DNA of 64,000 nucleotides, from contig CBDFJF010000002.1 in NCBI GenBank assembly GCA_965248265.1, positions 1,888,001 through 1,952,000 of the forward strand, in the 5' to 3' direction. The DNA is from Candidatus Latescibacterota bacterium. Lineage in GTDB: Bacteria; Latescibacterota; UBA2968; UBA8231. Made by a program: the position numbers and the translations under genes. Shown piece after piece: positions 47,329-56,188 of this stretch. Below the pieces are notes generated by a model, which worked only from the letters and a program-made list of their open reading frames with translations, was not told the DNA's origin and ran no database searches. The first letter of the stretch is position 1. Each line of letters begins with the position of its first letter.

Positions 47329-49971
47329 ATGAAATGGACATTGGCAGTGGTAGCGTTGTTGATAGCGGGGCGGGCCTGGGCAGAGGGTACGGCGCTTTCA
47401 CCAACGGCACACCGTACGGTTCCGACACAACGTCCGAGCGAGAACATCGCCCTCGGAGCGAGCTACACGATGGAGCCGAGGCCGAATTACGGGCTTTGCA
47501 GCGACCCCGGTGATTCCGAGCAGTTGACGGATGGGGTCTACACGGTGGGCTATTTCTGGGCGCAGCAGTCGACCGTGGGCTACCAGGAAAAGACGCCCTC
47601 GATCGTGACCCTGGACCTGGGTGCGGTGAAACCGATACGAGGGGTGTCCTACCACACGGCAGCGGGATTCGCGGACGTGTGGTTTCCGTCGATGATCCGC
47701 ATCCTCGTTGCCGGTGAAGACAAGGAGTTTCATGAAGTCGGTGACCTGGTGCATTTGAGTGCACGACAACACGGCCCGCTCGCGCCGATGAAGGCGAGCG
47801 ATGCCATGTGGGCCCTTGACGGGATGAGTTTCAATCAGGCCGAGGTCCATCATCATTACAACATGAACCGGGATCGCTACCCGGAGAAGATGACCGCCGA
47901 ACTGCGTCAGCAGATCCTGAGCGATCTCAACGAAGAGCGCTCCGCCAAGTATGGGACGTATCGGTACTGGACAGACCGGTTGCGGACGCACGGGCGCTAT
48001 GTCAGCCTGGTTGTGTGGAACGAGCCTTACACCTTCGTGGACGAGATCGAGGTCTACGCGGGAGAGCTGGAGTGGGTGGATGAGCCGCTGCCGGGACCGT
48101 CCGTCGGGGGCGTGAAGGCGTATGCGGGCCGGCTCGCCATCGAGAAAGGGATTCGGACGCGTTTGGTGCGGGACATCGAGGCTTTGAGAGAAGTGGCGGA
48201 AGAGGCGAGTATCTCGAAGCAGACGCGGAGTGATGTGCTTGGCGAGCTGGCGTCCGTGGAAGGGAACTTGAGGCAGGCCAGTGCGGCGTTCGGGGATGAT
48301 TTCCAGGCTGTGCTGCCGCTCAATTCATGGCATGAACGGGTGTTGCGCACGCAGGCCTGGATCTGGCGCGCCAAGGGTCTAGAGCCGCTCACGTTCTGGC
48401 GCTCGGATCTGTGGGATCCGCTTGCCCTCATCGGCACGCCGGACACGGCGGCGAAACCGGCCGTCGAGGTACATCTGATGCGCAAGGAATATCGCGCGGC
48501 CGCGTTCAATGTCAGCAACAGCAGTGACGAGCCAATGCAGGTGACGTTCCGCTTGAGCGGACTTCCCGGAGGCGACAATCCGGAATATGTGACCGTCCAC
48601 GAGGTACTCTGGACGGACACCCGTTCCGGCGTACCACTAGCGGCAGCCCTCCCCGAAGTTGCTGTCAAGAACGATCTGTATGCAGTCTCCGTGCCCCCGG
48701 GGATGACACGGCAAGTGTGGCTGACGTTCCATCCGGTGGACGTGGAGCCGGGCATGTACGAGGGTGAAGTCGTCGTGGAATCCGGGGGGGGCCAGTGTTT
48801 TCCGTTGCGCATGCACCTGTATCCCCTGGATTTCCCTGAGAAGCCGTCGCTGCACTTTGGCGGCTGGGACTACACGGACCGAATCGGTCATTTCGATTTC
48901 ATAACAGAGCAGAACGTGTTGCCGTTCATCGAGCACCTGCGCGAGCATTTTGTCGACTCGCCATGGGCGCTCAAACTGGCGCTGCCGCGCGGCACGCATG
49001 ACGAGACAGGGGCGATGACGGCGCCACCCTCCACCGACTACTTCGATGCCTGGATCGAATTGTGGCCGGATGCCGCCCAGTACATGGTGTTTGCGAAAGT
49101 GGGCAGGAACTTCCAAACATGGCCCATGGGCACAGCGGAATTCAATACAGCAGTCAAGGCGTGGGTGACCTTCTGGGCGGAGTACGTAAAGTCGAAGGGA
49201 TTGCAGCCGGAGCAGTTCGCACTGCTGCTGGTGGATGAGCCTGACGAGCCGCACCAGGACGAGCGTATTCTGGCGTGGGCGAAGCCGATCCGCGAAGCGG
49301 ACACGGGAGTCCGCATCTGGGAGGATGTCACCCACCTGGACATGGAAGAAGCCGATCAGGAGATGATCGACGCGTGCCACGTGTTGAGTCCGAACTATTC
49401 AGCCTTCCTCAGACAGGGCGAGGATTATCGCAATTACTTCTTGAACAAGCGTGATCAGGGAATCGCCCTGGAGTTCTACGCGGCGTGGACGGGTCGTGTT
49501 TTTGATCCCTACGCGGGCCGGCTCATGGCATGGACGAGCTGGCGCTACGGGGCGGAGGCCATCTACATGTGGTCATTCGGCGACACGGCCGGCGCCTCAT
49601 CTTGGAACGAGTACCTGGCTCTCAAGAGCGCATACGCGCCATTGTTCATCGACAAGGACTCGATCACGGCAGGGAAACACCTCGAGGCGGCACGGGAAGG
49701 GATTGAGGACTATGAATACTTCGCGATGTTGGACCGCGCGATCCAGCAAGCGTCTGGTGAGGGAATGACGGGGCCGGAGGTGGAGGAGGCACGTCGGCTC
49801 TTGGAGAGCCTGCCGGCCAGTGTCTGTGATGCGGCCGGCCACCGCGATGGGCTCGACGACGACCATCCGTTCGGCGGTATGCATTGGCTGAACGAGAACG
49901 TGGACCGCACGCTGGCGGACGAGGCGCGGATTCAGGTGTTGGCGGCGTTGACGAAGCTGGCTGAGCGCTGA
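47329..49971 (+). CDS. Secreted discoidin-like plus GH123-like/DUF4091 protein, paralog 2
   Basis: Colinear with 178-2856; MKWTLAVVALL start. Confidence 0.8.
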   Translation: MKWTLAVVALLIAGRAWAEGTALSPTAHRTVPTQRPSENIALGASYTMEPRPNYGLCSDPGDSEQLTDGVYTVGYFWAQQSTVGYQEKTPSIVTLDLGAVKPIRGVSYHTAAGFADVWFPSMIRILVAGEDKEFHEVGDLVHLSARQHGPLAPMKASDAMWALDGMSFNQAEVHHHYNMNRDRYPEKMTAELRQQILSDLNEERSAKYGTYRYWTDRLRTHGRYVSLVVWNEPYTFVDEIEVYAGELEWVDEPLPGPSVGGVKAYAGRLAIEKGIRTRLVRDIEALREVAEEASISKQTRSDVLGELASVEGNLRQASAAFGDDFQAVLPLNSWHERVLRTQAWIWRAKGLEPLTFWRSDLWDPLALIGTPDTAAKPAVEVHLMRKEYRAAAFNVSNSSDEPMQVTFRLSGLPGGDNPEYVTVHEVLWTDTRSGVPLAAALPEVAVKNDLYAVSVPPGMTRQVWLTFHPVDVEPGMYEGEVVVESGGGQCFPLRMHLYPLDFPEKPSLHFGGWDYTDRIGHFDFITEQNVLPFIEHLREHFVDSPWALKLALPRGTHDETGAMTAPPSTDYFDAWIELWPDAAQYMVFAKVGRNFQTWPMGTAEFNTAVKAWVTFWAEYVKSKGLQPEQFALLLVDEPDEPHQDERILAWAKPIREADTGVRIWEDVTHLDMEEADQEMIDACHVLSPNYSAFLRQGEDYRNYFLNKRDQGIALEFYAAWTGRVFDPYAGRLMAWTSWRYGAEAIYMWSFGDTAGASSWNEYLALKSAYAPLFIDKDSITAGKHLEAAREGIEDYEYFAMLDRAIQQASGEGMTGPEVEEARRLLESLPASVCDAAGHRDGLDDDHPFGGMHWLNENVDRTLADEARIQVLAALTKLAER

Positions 49972-49985
49972 GCTCAGGCGTTTCG

Positions 49986-50017
49986 TTTTGGTGCGCAGCG
50001 GTCGAGGGCGCACCAAA
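49986..50017. terminator. Hairpin after paralog 2
   Basis: TTTGGTGCGC / GCGCACCAAA inverted repeat. Confidence 0.45.
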
Positions 50018-50131
50018 GCAGGTTATTTGTGATTACCCGCTAGGCAGCAGGAAGTTGCGTGGATCATGCCAAGCCGCACGGATCTGCCAAGCTTTCGTTC
50101 TAGCACATTGGGACTCCTGGAGGGCCAGGCG

Positions 50132-52132
50132 ATGAAATGGACATTGTCAGCGGTAGCGTTGTTGATGGCGGGACTGGCTTGGTCGCAGGACCCGGCGGAC
50201 CGGCCGAGCGAGAGCATCGCGGACCTGAGCGCCTATGGGCACAGGCTCGTCATTCAAAAAGGGATTCGGACACGCCTCGTGCGGGACATCGAGGCCCTGA
50301 GAAAGGCAGCGGAAGAAGAGGGTGTCCCGGTGCAGACGCGCAGGGATGTGCTGGGCGAGCTGACGGCCGTGGAAGGGAATTTGGGGCAGGCCAGTGCGGC
50401 GTTCGGGGATGACTTCGAGGCTGTGCTGCCGCTGAATTCGTGGCACGAACGGGTGTTGCGTACGCAGGCCTGGCTCTGGCGCGCCAGGGGTTTGGAGCCG
50501 CTCACGTTCTGGCGCTCGAATCTGTGGGATCCGCTTCCCCTCATCGGCACACCGGACACGGCGGCGGATCTGGCCGTCGAGGTTCACCTGATGCGCAAGG
50601 AATACCGCGCAGGGGCGTTCAATGTCAGCAACAGCAGTGACGAGCCGATGCAGGTGATGTTCCGCTTGAGCGGGCTCCCCGGGGGCGACAATCCGGAATA
50701 TGTGACTGTTCACGAGGTAGCGTGGACGGATACGAGGCCAGGTGTCCCGGTGGCGGCGGCCCTGCCAGAGGTGGCTGCCGAGAGCGATCTGTATGCGGTG
50801 ACCGTGCCCTCGGGCATGACGCGGCAGGTGTGGCTGACCTTCCATCCGGTGGAGGTAGAGCCGGGCAACTACGAGGGCGAAGTCGTCGTGGAGTCCGTCT
50901 CAGGGGGCAAGCGGTTTCCGTTGCGCATGCACCTGTATCCCCTGGATTTCCCTCTGAAGCAGTCGTTGCACTTGGGCGGATGGGACTATACGGACGAGTT
51001 CAATAAATACCAATCCGTGACGGAGCAGAACCGTTCGCTGATCATCGAGCACCTGCGCGAGCATCTCGTCGACTCGCCATGGGGCTCGCCTCGGCTGGTG
51101 AATCCGTACTACCCGGACGTGCGCGGCACGTATGATGCACAGGGGGCGATGACGTCGCCGCCCGAGACGGCCAAGTTCGATAAGTGGCTCGAGTTGTGGC
51201 CGGGTGCAGCCCGCTACTTCGTGTTCGCAAAAGTGGGCGATCGTTTCGTGTTTGCGAGCGACGAGAAGCACTCATGGGGTCTGGACACGCCGGAATTCGC
51301 GACAGCGGTGAAGGCATGGGCCCGGTTCTGGGTGGGGCATGCGGTGAAGAAGGGGCTGAAGCCGGAACAGCTGGTGCTGCTGCTGGTGGATGAGCCCGAT
51401 GAAGATCCGGATCGGGACCACATCATTCTGGCGTGGGCGGAGGCTATCCGGGAAGCGGCTCCAGGGGTCCTCATCTGGGAGGATCTGAACCACCGGGACA
51501 TGAGCCAGGCGAATCAGGCGATGATAGATGCATGCCACGTGTTGTCCCCGCACATCAAGATCTTCCTGAATAGCTCTGGACCCATACGGCCGCCTGCCGA
51601 GGGCCAGGAGTATCGCGACTATTACCAGAAGAAGCTCGATCAGGGGATTGCGCTGGAGTTCTATAACGCCGATGGCCCGACGCGGCTATTGGATCCGTAC
51701 GCGTACTACCGGCTTACGGCGTGGTGGTGTTGGCGTTATGGGGCGACGGGGATGACCTTCTGGTCGCTGACCGACACGGGCGGCGCGTCATCGTGGAACG
51801 AGTATCTGGCCACGCGGCCTACCTACGCGCCGATGTTTCTCACCGAGGACTCGGTGACGGCTGGCAAACACCTGGAGGCTCAGCGGGAAGGGGTGGAGGA
51901 CTATGAGTATTTCGTGATGTTGGATCGGGCGATCCGGGAGGCGTCTGCGCATGGGGCGACGGGTCCGGCGGTGGAGGAGGCGCGTCAGTTGCTGGAGAGC
52001 CTGCCGGCGAGTGTCAGTGATGCGGCATTCTCCCGGCGCACGAAGTGGCTGGACCAGACAGTTGACCGCACGTTGGCGGACGACGCGCGGATTCAGGTAT
52101 TGGCGGCGTTGACGGCGCTGGCTGAGCACTAG
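50132..52132 (+). CDS. Secreted GH123-like/DUF4091 protein, paralog 3, lacking the N-terminal discoidin-like domain
   Basis: Same signal peptide, then RPSE joins in frame to the RL.I.KGIRTRL segment. Confidence 0.8.
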   Translation: MKWTLSAVALLMAGLAWSQDPADRPSESIADLSAYGHRLVIQKGIRTRLVRDIEALRKAAEEEGVPVQTRRDVLGELTAVEGNLGQASAAFGDDFEAVLPLNSWHERVLRTQAWLWRARGLEPLTFWRSNLWDPLPLIGTPDTAADLAVEVHLMRKEYRAGAFNVSNSSDEPMQVMFRLSGLPGGDNPEYVTVHEVAWTDTRPGVPVAAALPEVAAESDLYAVTVPSGMTRQVWLTFHPVEVEPGNYEGEVVVESVSGGKRFPLRMHLYPLDFPLKQSLHLGGWDYTDEFNKYQSVTEQNRSLIIEHLREHLVDSPWGSPRLVNPYYPDVRGTYDAQGAMTSPPETAKFDKWLELWPGAARYFVFAKVGDRFVFASDEKHSWGLDTPEFATAVKAWARFWVGHAVKKGLKPEQLVLLLVDEPDEDPDRDHIILAWAEAIREAAPGVLIWEDLNHRDMSQANQAMIDACHVLSPHIKIFLNSSGPIRPPAEGQEYRDYYQKKLDQGIALEFYNADGPTRLLDPYAYYRLTAWWCWRYGATGMTFWSLTDTGGASSWNEYLATRPTYAPMFLTEDSVTAGKHLEAQREGVEDYEYFVMLDRAIREASAHGATGPAVEEARQLLESLPASVSDAAFSRRTKWLDQTVDRTLADDARIQVLAALTALAEH

Positions 52133-52186
52133 TGTCGTATCACCAAAGTAGATCGACGTGCGCCCGAGAGGCCGTATGAGCTGACG

Positions 52187-53011
52187 ATGACATCTTCTCA
52201 CTTCGATCCCCTGTCCCGCATCATCTACGCAGACGATTTCGACTGCGGGCTGCAGGGATGGACCACCCTGGTCGGCAATTACGAGAAATCGCTCGACTCC
52301 ATGCTGCCGCAGTACCGCGATATGCCCGGTCCGATGCTTAGCAACAGCACGATGTGGGACGGCGGGTCGGCTGGCTCGTGGGACGGGACCTACGCCATGA
52401 AGCTGGCGACGCGCCCCGCTGCGGGCAACCTCGCTGTCGCCGTGAAGCGGGTGACGTGGCGTCATGCCGGTCCGATCCAGCTGGAAGCTCGCTTTACCTT
52501 CAAGCCGGAAGCGACCGAGCTAGAGCTCTCGGAGCTGGATGTTCGGGCCGTCGGGATCTGCTTCGACCTGCAGGACGCCGAACACCGCGTCATGCCCCAC
52601 CTGCGATACCTGAACGCGCTGAACGGGGAGGCCGTGGGTCGCTGGCAGTTCAAGAGGCGGCGGGAGCAGCTCGCCGACATCGGCGCATCGGGCAAGACGC
52701 GGTCGCATTTCCACCTCGCAGCATCGGGATGGGAGGACGTTACTGACGGCCAGCAGCTTTTGTGCTACAACGAGATCGCGACGAAGCAGAACTGGCACTA
52801 CGTCCGCATCGGCCTCGACCTCGAGTCGATGGCGTTCACGGCGTTTCAGTGCAACGACTGCCACTACGACGTCACAGGGATGGCGCCGATGGCGATGCCG
52901 GCGATGGCCAACCTGTGGTGCATGCTGAACGCCACCTTCTTCGTGGAGACGGACCGCGACAAGCGCGCGTTTCTCTACGTGGACTCGGTGACGCTGTCGG
53001 GGGACTTCTGA
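52187..53011 (+). CDS. Conserved hypothetical protein (DUF6772-like, tentative)
   Basis: Clean ORF coupled to the next gene; paralog remnant at 4040-4078. Confidence 0.7.
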   Translation: MTSSHFDPLSRIIYADDFDCGLQGWTTLVGNYEKSLDSMLPQYRDMPGPMLSNSTMWDGGSAGSWDGTYAMKLATRPAAGNLAVAVKRVTWRHAGPIQLEARFTFKPEATELELSELDVRAVGICFDLQDAEHRVMPHLRYLNALNGEAVGRWQFKRRREQLADIGASGKTRSHFHLAASGWEDVTDGQQLLCYNEIATKQNWHYVRIGLDLESMAFTAFQCNDCHYDVTGMAPMAMPAMANLWCMLNATFFVETDRDKRAFLYVDSVTLSGDF

Positions 53012-53025
53012 AAGCGGGATTGCAC

Positions 53026-53361
53026 ATGAAGCAGAGCCACACAGCGGTGTTGGAGCGCGATGTCGTCTGGGCCGGGACCTTCGAGACCGAGCCCTATGAG
53101 GCGGCGTGGGCCTTGGAGGCGATCTTTTTCATCCGCGTGCTGGAGTCGAGTGGGCCGGTCGAAGCGGCAGAGGCGCGCGTCCAGATTTCGCCAGACGGCA
53201 TGCGGTGGTGCGCCGAGGGGACCCGTTTCAGACTGACCGGCGACGAGGCGGAAGTGACCTTCGGGCGCGTATCGAACTTCGGAACGTATCTGCGGCTCGT
53301 CGGTGAGGTGCCGGAGGGGGGCGAGCTGAGGGTGATCGTGTATCTGGCGATGAAGTCCTGA
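53026..53361 (+). CDS. Conserved hypothetical protein (DUF6385-like, tentative)
   Basis: TEPYEAAWA.EAIFF, VQISPDG.RW; paralog at 3717-4021. Confidence 0.7.
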   Translation: MKQSHTAVLERDVVWAGTFETEPYEAAWALEAIFFIRVLESSGPVEAAEARVQISPDGMRWCAEGTRFRLTGDEAEVTFGRVSNFGTYLRLVGEVPEGGELRVIVYLAMKS

Positions 53362-53431
53362 TCAGGGTGGTGGCCTGACCTACCACATCGTCACACAGAC
53401 CCTGGGTCGATCGCCAGGAAGGAGTGTGGAC

Positions 53432-54700
53432 ATGCGGCTGGAGAAATACTCGATGGGAATCGGCGACCGCTTCGCCCACCAGGGGAGGGCGCAGCTTCAG
53501 GCCCTGGCCCGAGCGAAATCGGCAGGGTTCGAGGTGGTGCCAGTGTGGAACAAGTCGCACCGCGAGCACCTGGCGACGCATTCGGAGCCGGGCAGTGTCA
53601 GGACCGAGGCGGATCAGGCGACCGAGGCCCTGTCGTGGGACGGATCGTACTACGTCGATGCCGATCATATCGGGCTGCAGACCGTGGACCTGTTCATGGA
53701 CTCCAGCGACTTCTTCACCATCGACGTAGCCGAGGCCATCGGCCAGCCCTCTGCCGGCGATGACCTGACGGCCTTCGTCGATCGACACGAGCGCTACATC
53801 GGCACGCTGGAGATCCCCGGGATCGCCGAGCCGTTCAGCACCTCCCGCGAACAGGTAGAGGGGATCGCCTACCAGTACCTGCGTGCCGTTCGCGAGGCGG
53901 GCACCATTTACCGGCACATCGAAGCGGTGAAGGGCCGGGACGGATTCGTCCCCGAGGTCTCGATGGACGAGACCGACAGCCCGCAGACACCAGTGGAGCT
54001 ATTCTTCATCCTGGCCGCCAGCGCCGATGAAGGAATCCCGCTGCAGACGATCGCCCCGAAGTTCACCGGGCGGTTCAACAAGGGCGTCGACTACGTCGGC
54101 GACGTCGATCAGTTCACTCGCGAGTTCGAGCAGGACCTGGCTGTCATCGCCTTCGCGGTGGCGGAATTCGGCTTACCGGACAACCTCAAGCTGAGCGTGC
54201 ATTCCGGCAGCGACAAGTTCACCATCTACGAGCCGATGCGCCGGGGCATCCGCAAGTTCGACGCCGGGTTGCATCTCAAAACGGCGGGCACCACCTGGCT
54301 CGAAGAGCTGATCGGTCTGTCGCTCGCGGGCGGAGACGGCCTCGCCCTGGCCAAGAGGATCTACCGCCTGGCTCTCGACCGCTTCGATGAGCTGTGCGGA
54401 CCGTACTGGGCGGTCATCGACATAGACCAGGGCAGCTTGCCCACAACTGAGGTACTGGATTCATGGAGCGGCGAAGCCTTCGCCGCCGCGCTGCGCCACG
54501 ATCCGGAGTGTGCCGACTACAACCCGCACCTGCGCCAGCTCCTGCACGTAGCCTACAAGGTTGCGGCCGAGATGGGCGATCGCTACCTGGAAGCGCTGAA
54601 CCGGTTCGAGACGGTGATCGCCGAGAACGTGACCGCCAACATCTACGAGCGACATCTGCGGCGCGTCTTCACGGGCGACTCCGGAGTCGATGCGCGGTAG
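53432..54700 (+). CDS. uxaE: Tagaturonate/fructuronate epimerase
   Basis: GIGDRF, VDADH, EVSMDETD, KGVDY, LSVHSGSDKF, HLKTAGTTWLEE. Confidence 0.9.
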   Translation: MRLEKYSMGIGDRFAHQGRAQLQALARAKSAGFEVVPVWNKSHREHLATHSEPGSVRTEADQATEALSWDGSYYVDADHIGLQTVDLFMDSSDFFTIDVAEAIGQPSAGDDLTAFVDRHERYIGTLEIPGIAEPFSTSREQVEGIAYQYLRAVREAGTIYRHIEAVKGRDGFVPEVSMDETDSPQTPVELFFILAASADEGIPLQTIAPKFTGRFNKGVDYVGDVDQFTREFEQDLAVIAFAVAEFGLPDNLKLSVHSGSDKFTIYEPMRRGIRKFDAGLHLKTAGTTWLEELIGLSLAGGDGLALAKRIYRLALDRFDELCGPYWAVIDIDQGSLPTTEVLDSWSGEAFAAALRHDPECADYNPHLRQLLHVAYKVAAEMGDRYLEALNRFETVIAENVTANIYERHLRRVFTGDSGVDAR

Positions 54701-54843
54701 ACTACCGGGCTTAGCGCTCGCTTCCACTGTTGCTACCAAAGCGACAAGTTATGGGCGACTCGGCGAAGGCCGCAGGCGACGAGGCCTCGCGCACGCTCTC
54801 ACGGCATCGCGCCTGGTGTGGGCCCGACCTGGCACAGCGCGGT

Positions 54844-55890
54844 TCAGGACAGATCGACCCTGACGTTGCCCAGCTCGTGAGACTTCAACATGGCCAATAT
54901 GATCTGCAGAGTCTTGCGGGCCTCCCGCGCCGGCGACACCAGCGCGCCGCCGTGCTCCAACACATGTACCAACTCCGCGACCGCGCCCAGTTGCCGCTCG
55001 TACATGTAGTGGTCGGGCACGAGAGTCGCGCTGGACCAGGCGACGTGTGACGTCCCGCGAATTACCGTCGCTCCACGTTCGGAGACCTCGACGCGTCCGT
55101 CGTCGCAGTGCAGCTCGGTCTGCGATCCGAGCATGGCGACTTTGAGACTGTTGTAGAACGCCCGCACGCCGTTGGAGAAATGGATGTAGGCGCAAGCGGC
55201 CGGATCCAGGGACGGGTCGCGCCTACCGTCGCTGCTGTACTCGGTGAAGTGGTCGAATCCCTCCTCCAGTTCAGCGAAGATCCACTGCGGGTCTGATTCG
55301 GCGAAGAAACAGATCGTGTCGACCGCGTGGGTGCCGTTGCGAAACAGCATGGAACGAGGGCCGTACATGTTGGCTGTGATACCACGCAACGAGCCGAGTT
55401 CACCTTCGCGTATCAGGTCGCGAACAGCGTGATGGGAGGAAGTCCAGCGACGCGTGTGCTCGATCGACAGGAGGACGTCCTCAGCCTCGGCTGCGGCGAT
55501 CATGCGATCGGCGTCGGCCAGGGTGGTGGCGATCGGTTTTTCGCACAGAATGGCTCTAGCTCCGCTGCTGGCCGCGTCAACCGTTATGTCGGCGTGCAGA
55601 TGATCAGATGTGGCGACGCTGACCAGATCGGGGCTCTCCCTCTCCAGCATCTCACGGTAGTCGGTGTAGTACCGCATCTGCGGCCACACGTCGTGCCAGG
55701 TTTCCTTGAACCCATCGAGGGCTTCGCCGTTGATGTCGCACACGGCTACCAGCTCTGTCTGAGGGTGGCGGTAGTACGCGGATGCGTGGGACCCTGGCCG
55801 CGCCCCGTACAGCGGCCGATGCGGGGACTCTTGAGGCCGTCCGGCGCCGATACCCCTCAAGCCGACGATGACGGCGCGGTGGGTTTTCAT
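54844..55890 (-). CDS. Gfo/Idh/MocA family oxidoreductase
   Basis: VAVCD, DLVSVAT...H, ILCEKP, GTH..D. Confidence 0.92.
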   Translation of the reverse strand: MKTHRAVIVGLRGIGAGRPQESPHRPLYGARPGSHASAYYRHPQTELVAVCDINGEALDGFKETWHDVWPQMRYYTDYREMLERESPDLVSVATSDHLHADITVDAASSGARAILCEKPIATTLADADRMIAAAEAEDVLLSIEHTRRWTSSHHAVRDLIREGELGSLRGITANMYGPRSMLFRNGTHAVDTICFFAESDPQWIFAELEEGFDHFTEYSSDGRRDPSLDPAACAYIHFSNGVRAFYNSLKVAMLGSQTELHCDDGRVEVSERGATVIRGTSHVAWSSATLVPDHYMYERQLGAVAELVHVLEHGGALVSPAREARKTLQIILAMLKSHELGNVRVDLS

Positions 55891-56188
55891 GTCGATGATT
55901 CTCCCATGACTCGATCTCCTCGTTTGCACTCTCGCGGAGTCAACGTAAACAGGGGAGCAGCCTGTTGACAGCCGCGCTCAGGGGGCCGAAAATGCGGCCC
56001 CTGCTGCCGGATTGATCGAGCAGGCAGCGCGAGCTATTCTTCAATCGGTACTTCCGAATCTCGGATGACCTGAGAGTGATTTCAATCAGCTCTGAAAGCT
56101 ATACAATTTGAGGTCACCTTCCAGCCTGATTTTTGGCGGTCGGAACTCTCTTAGGAAGAATCATTCGTTATGAAGCGAGGGGCAAGCG

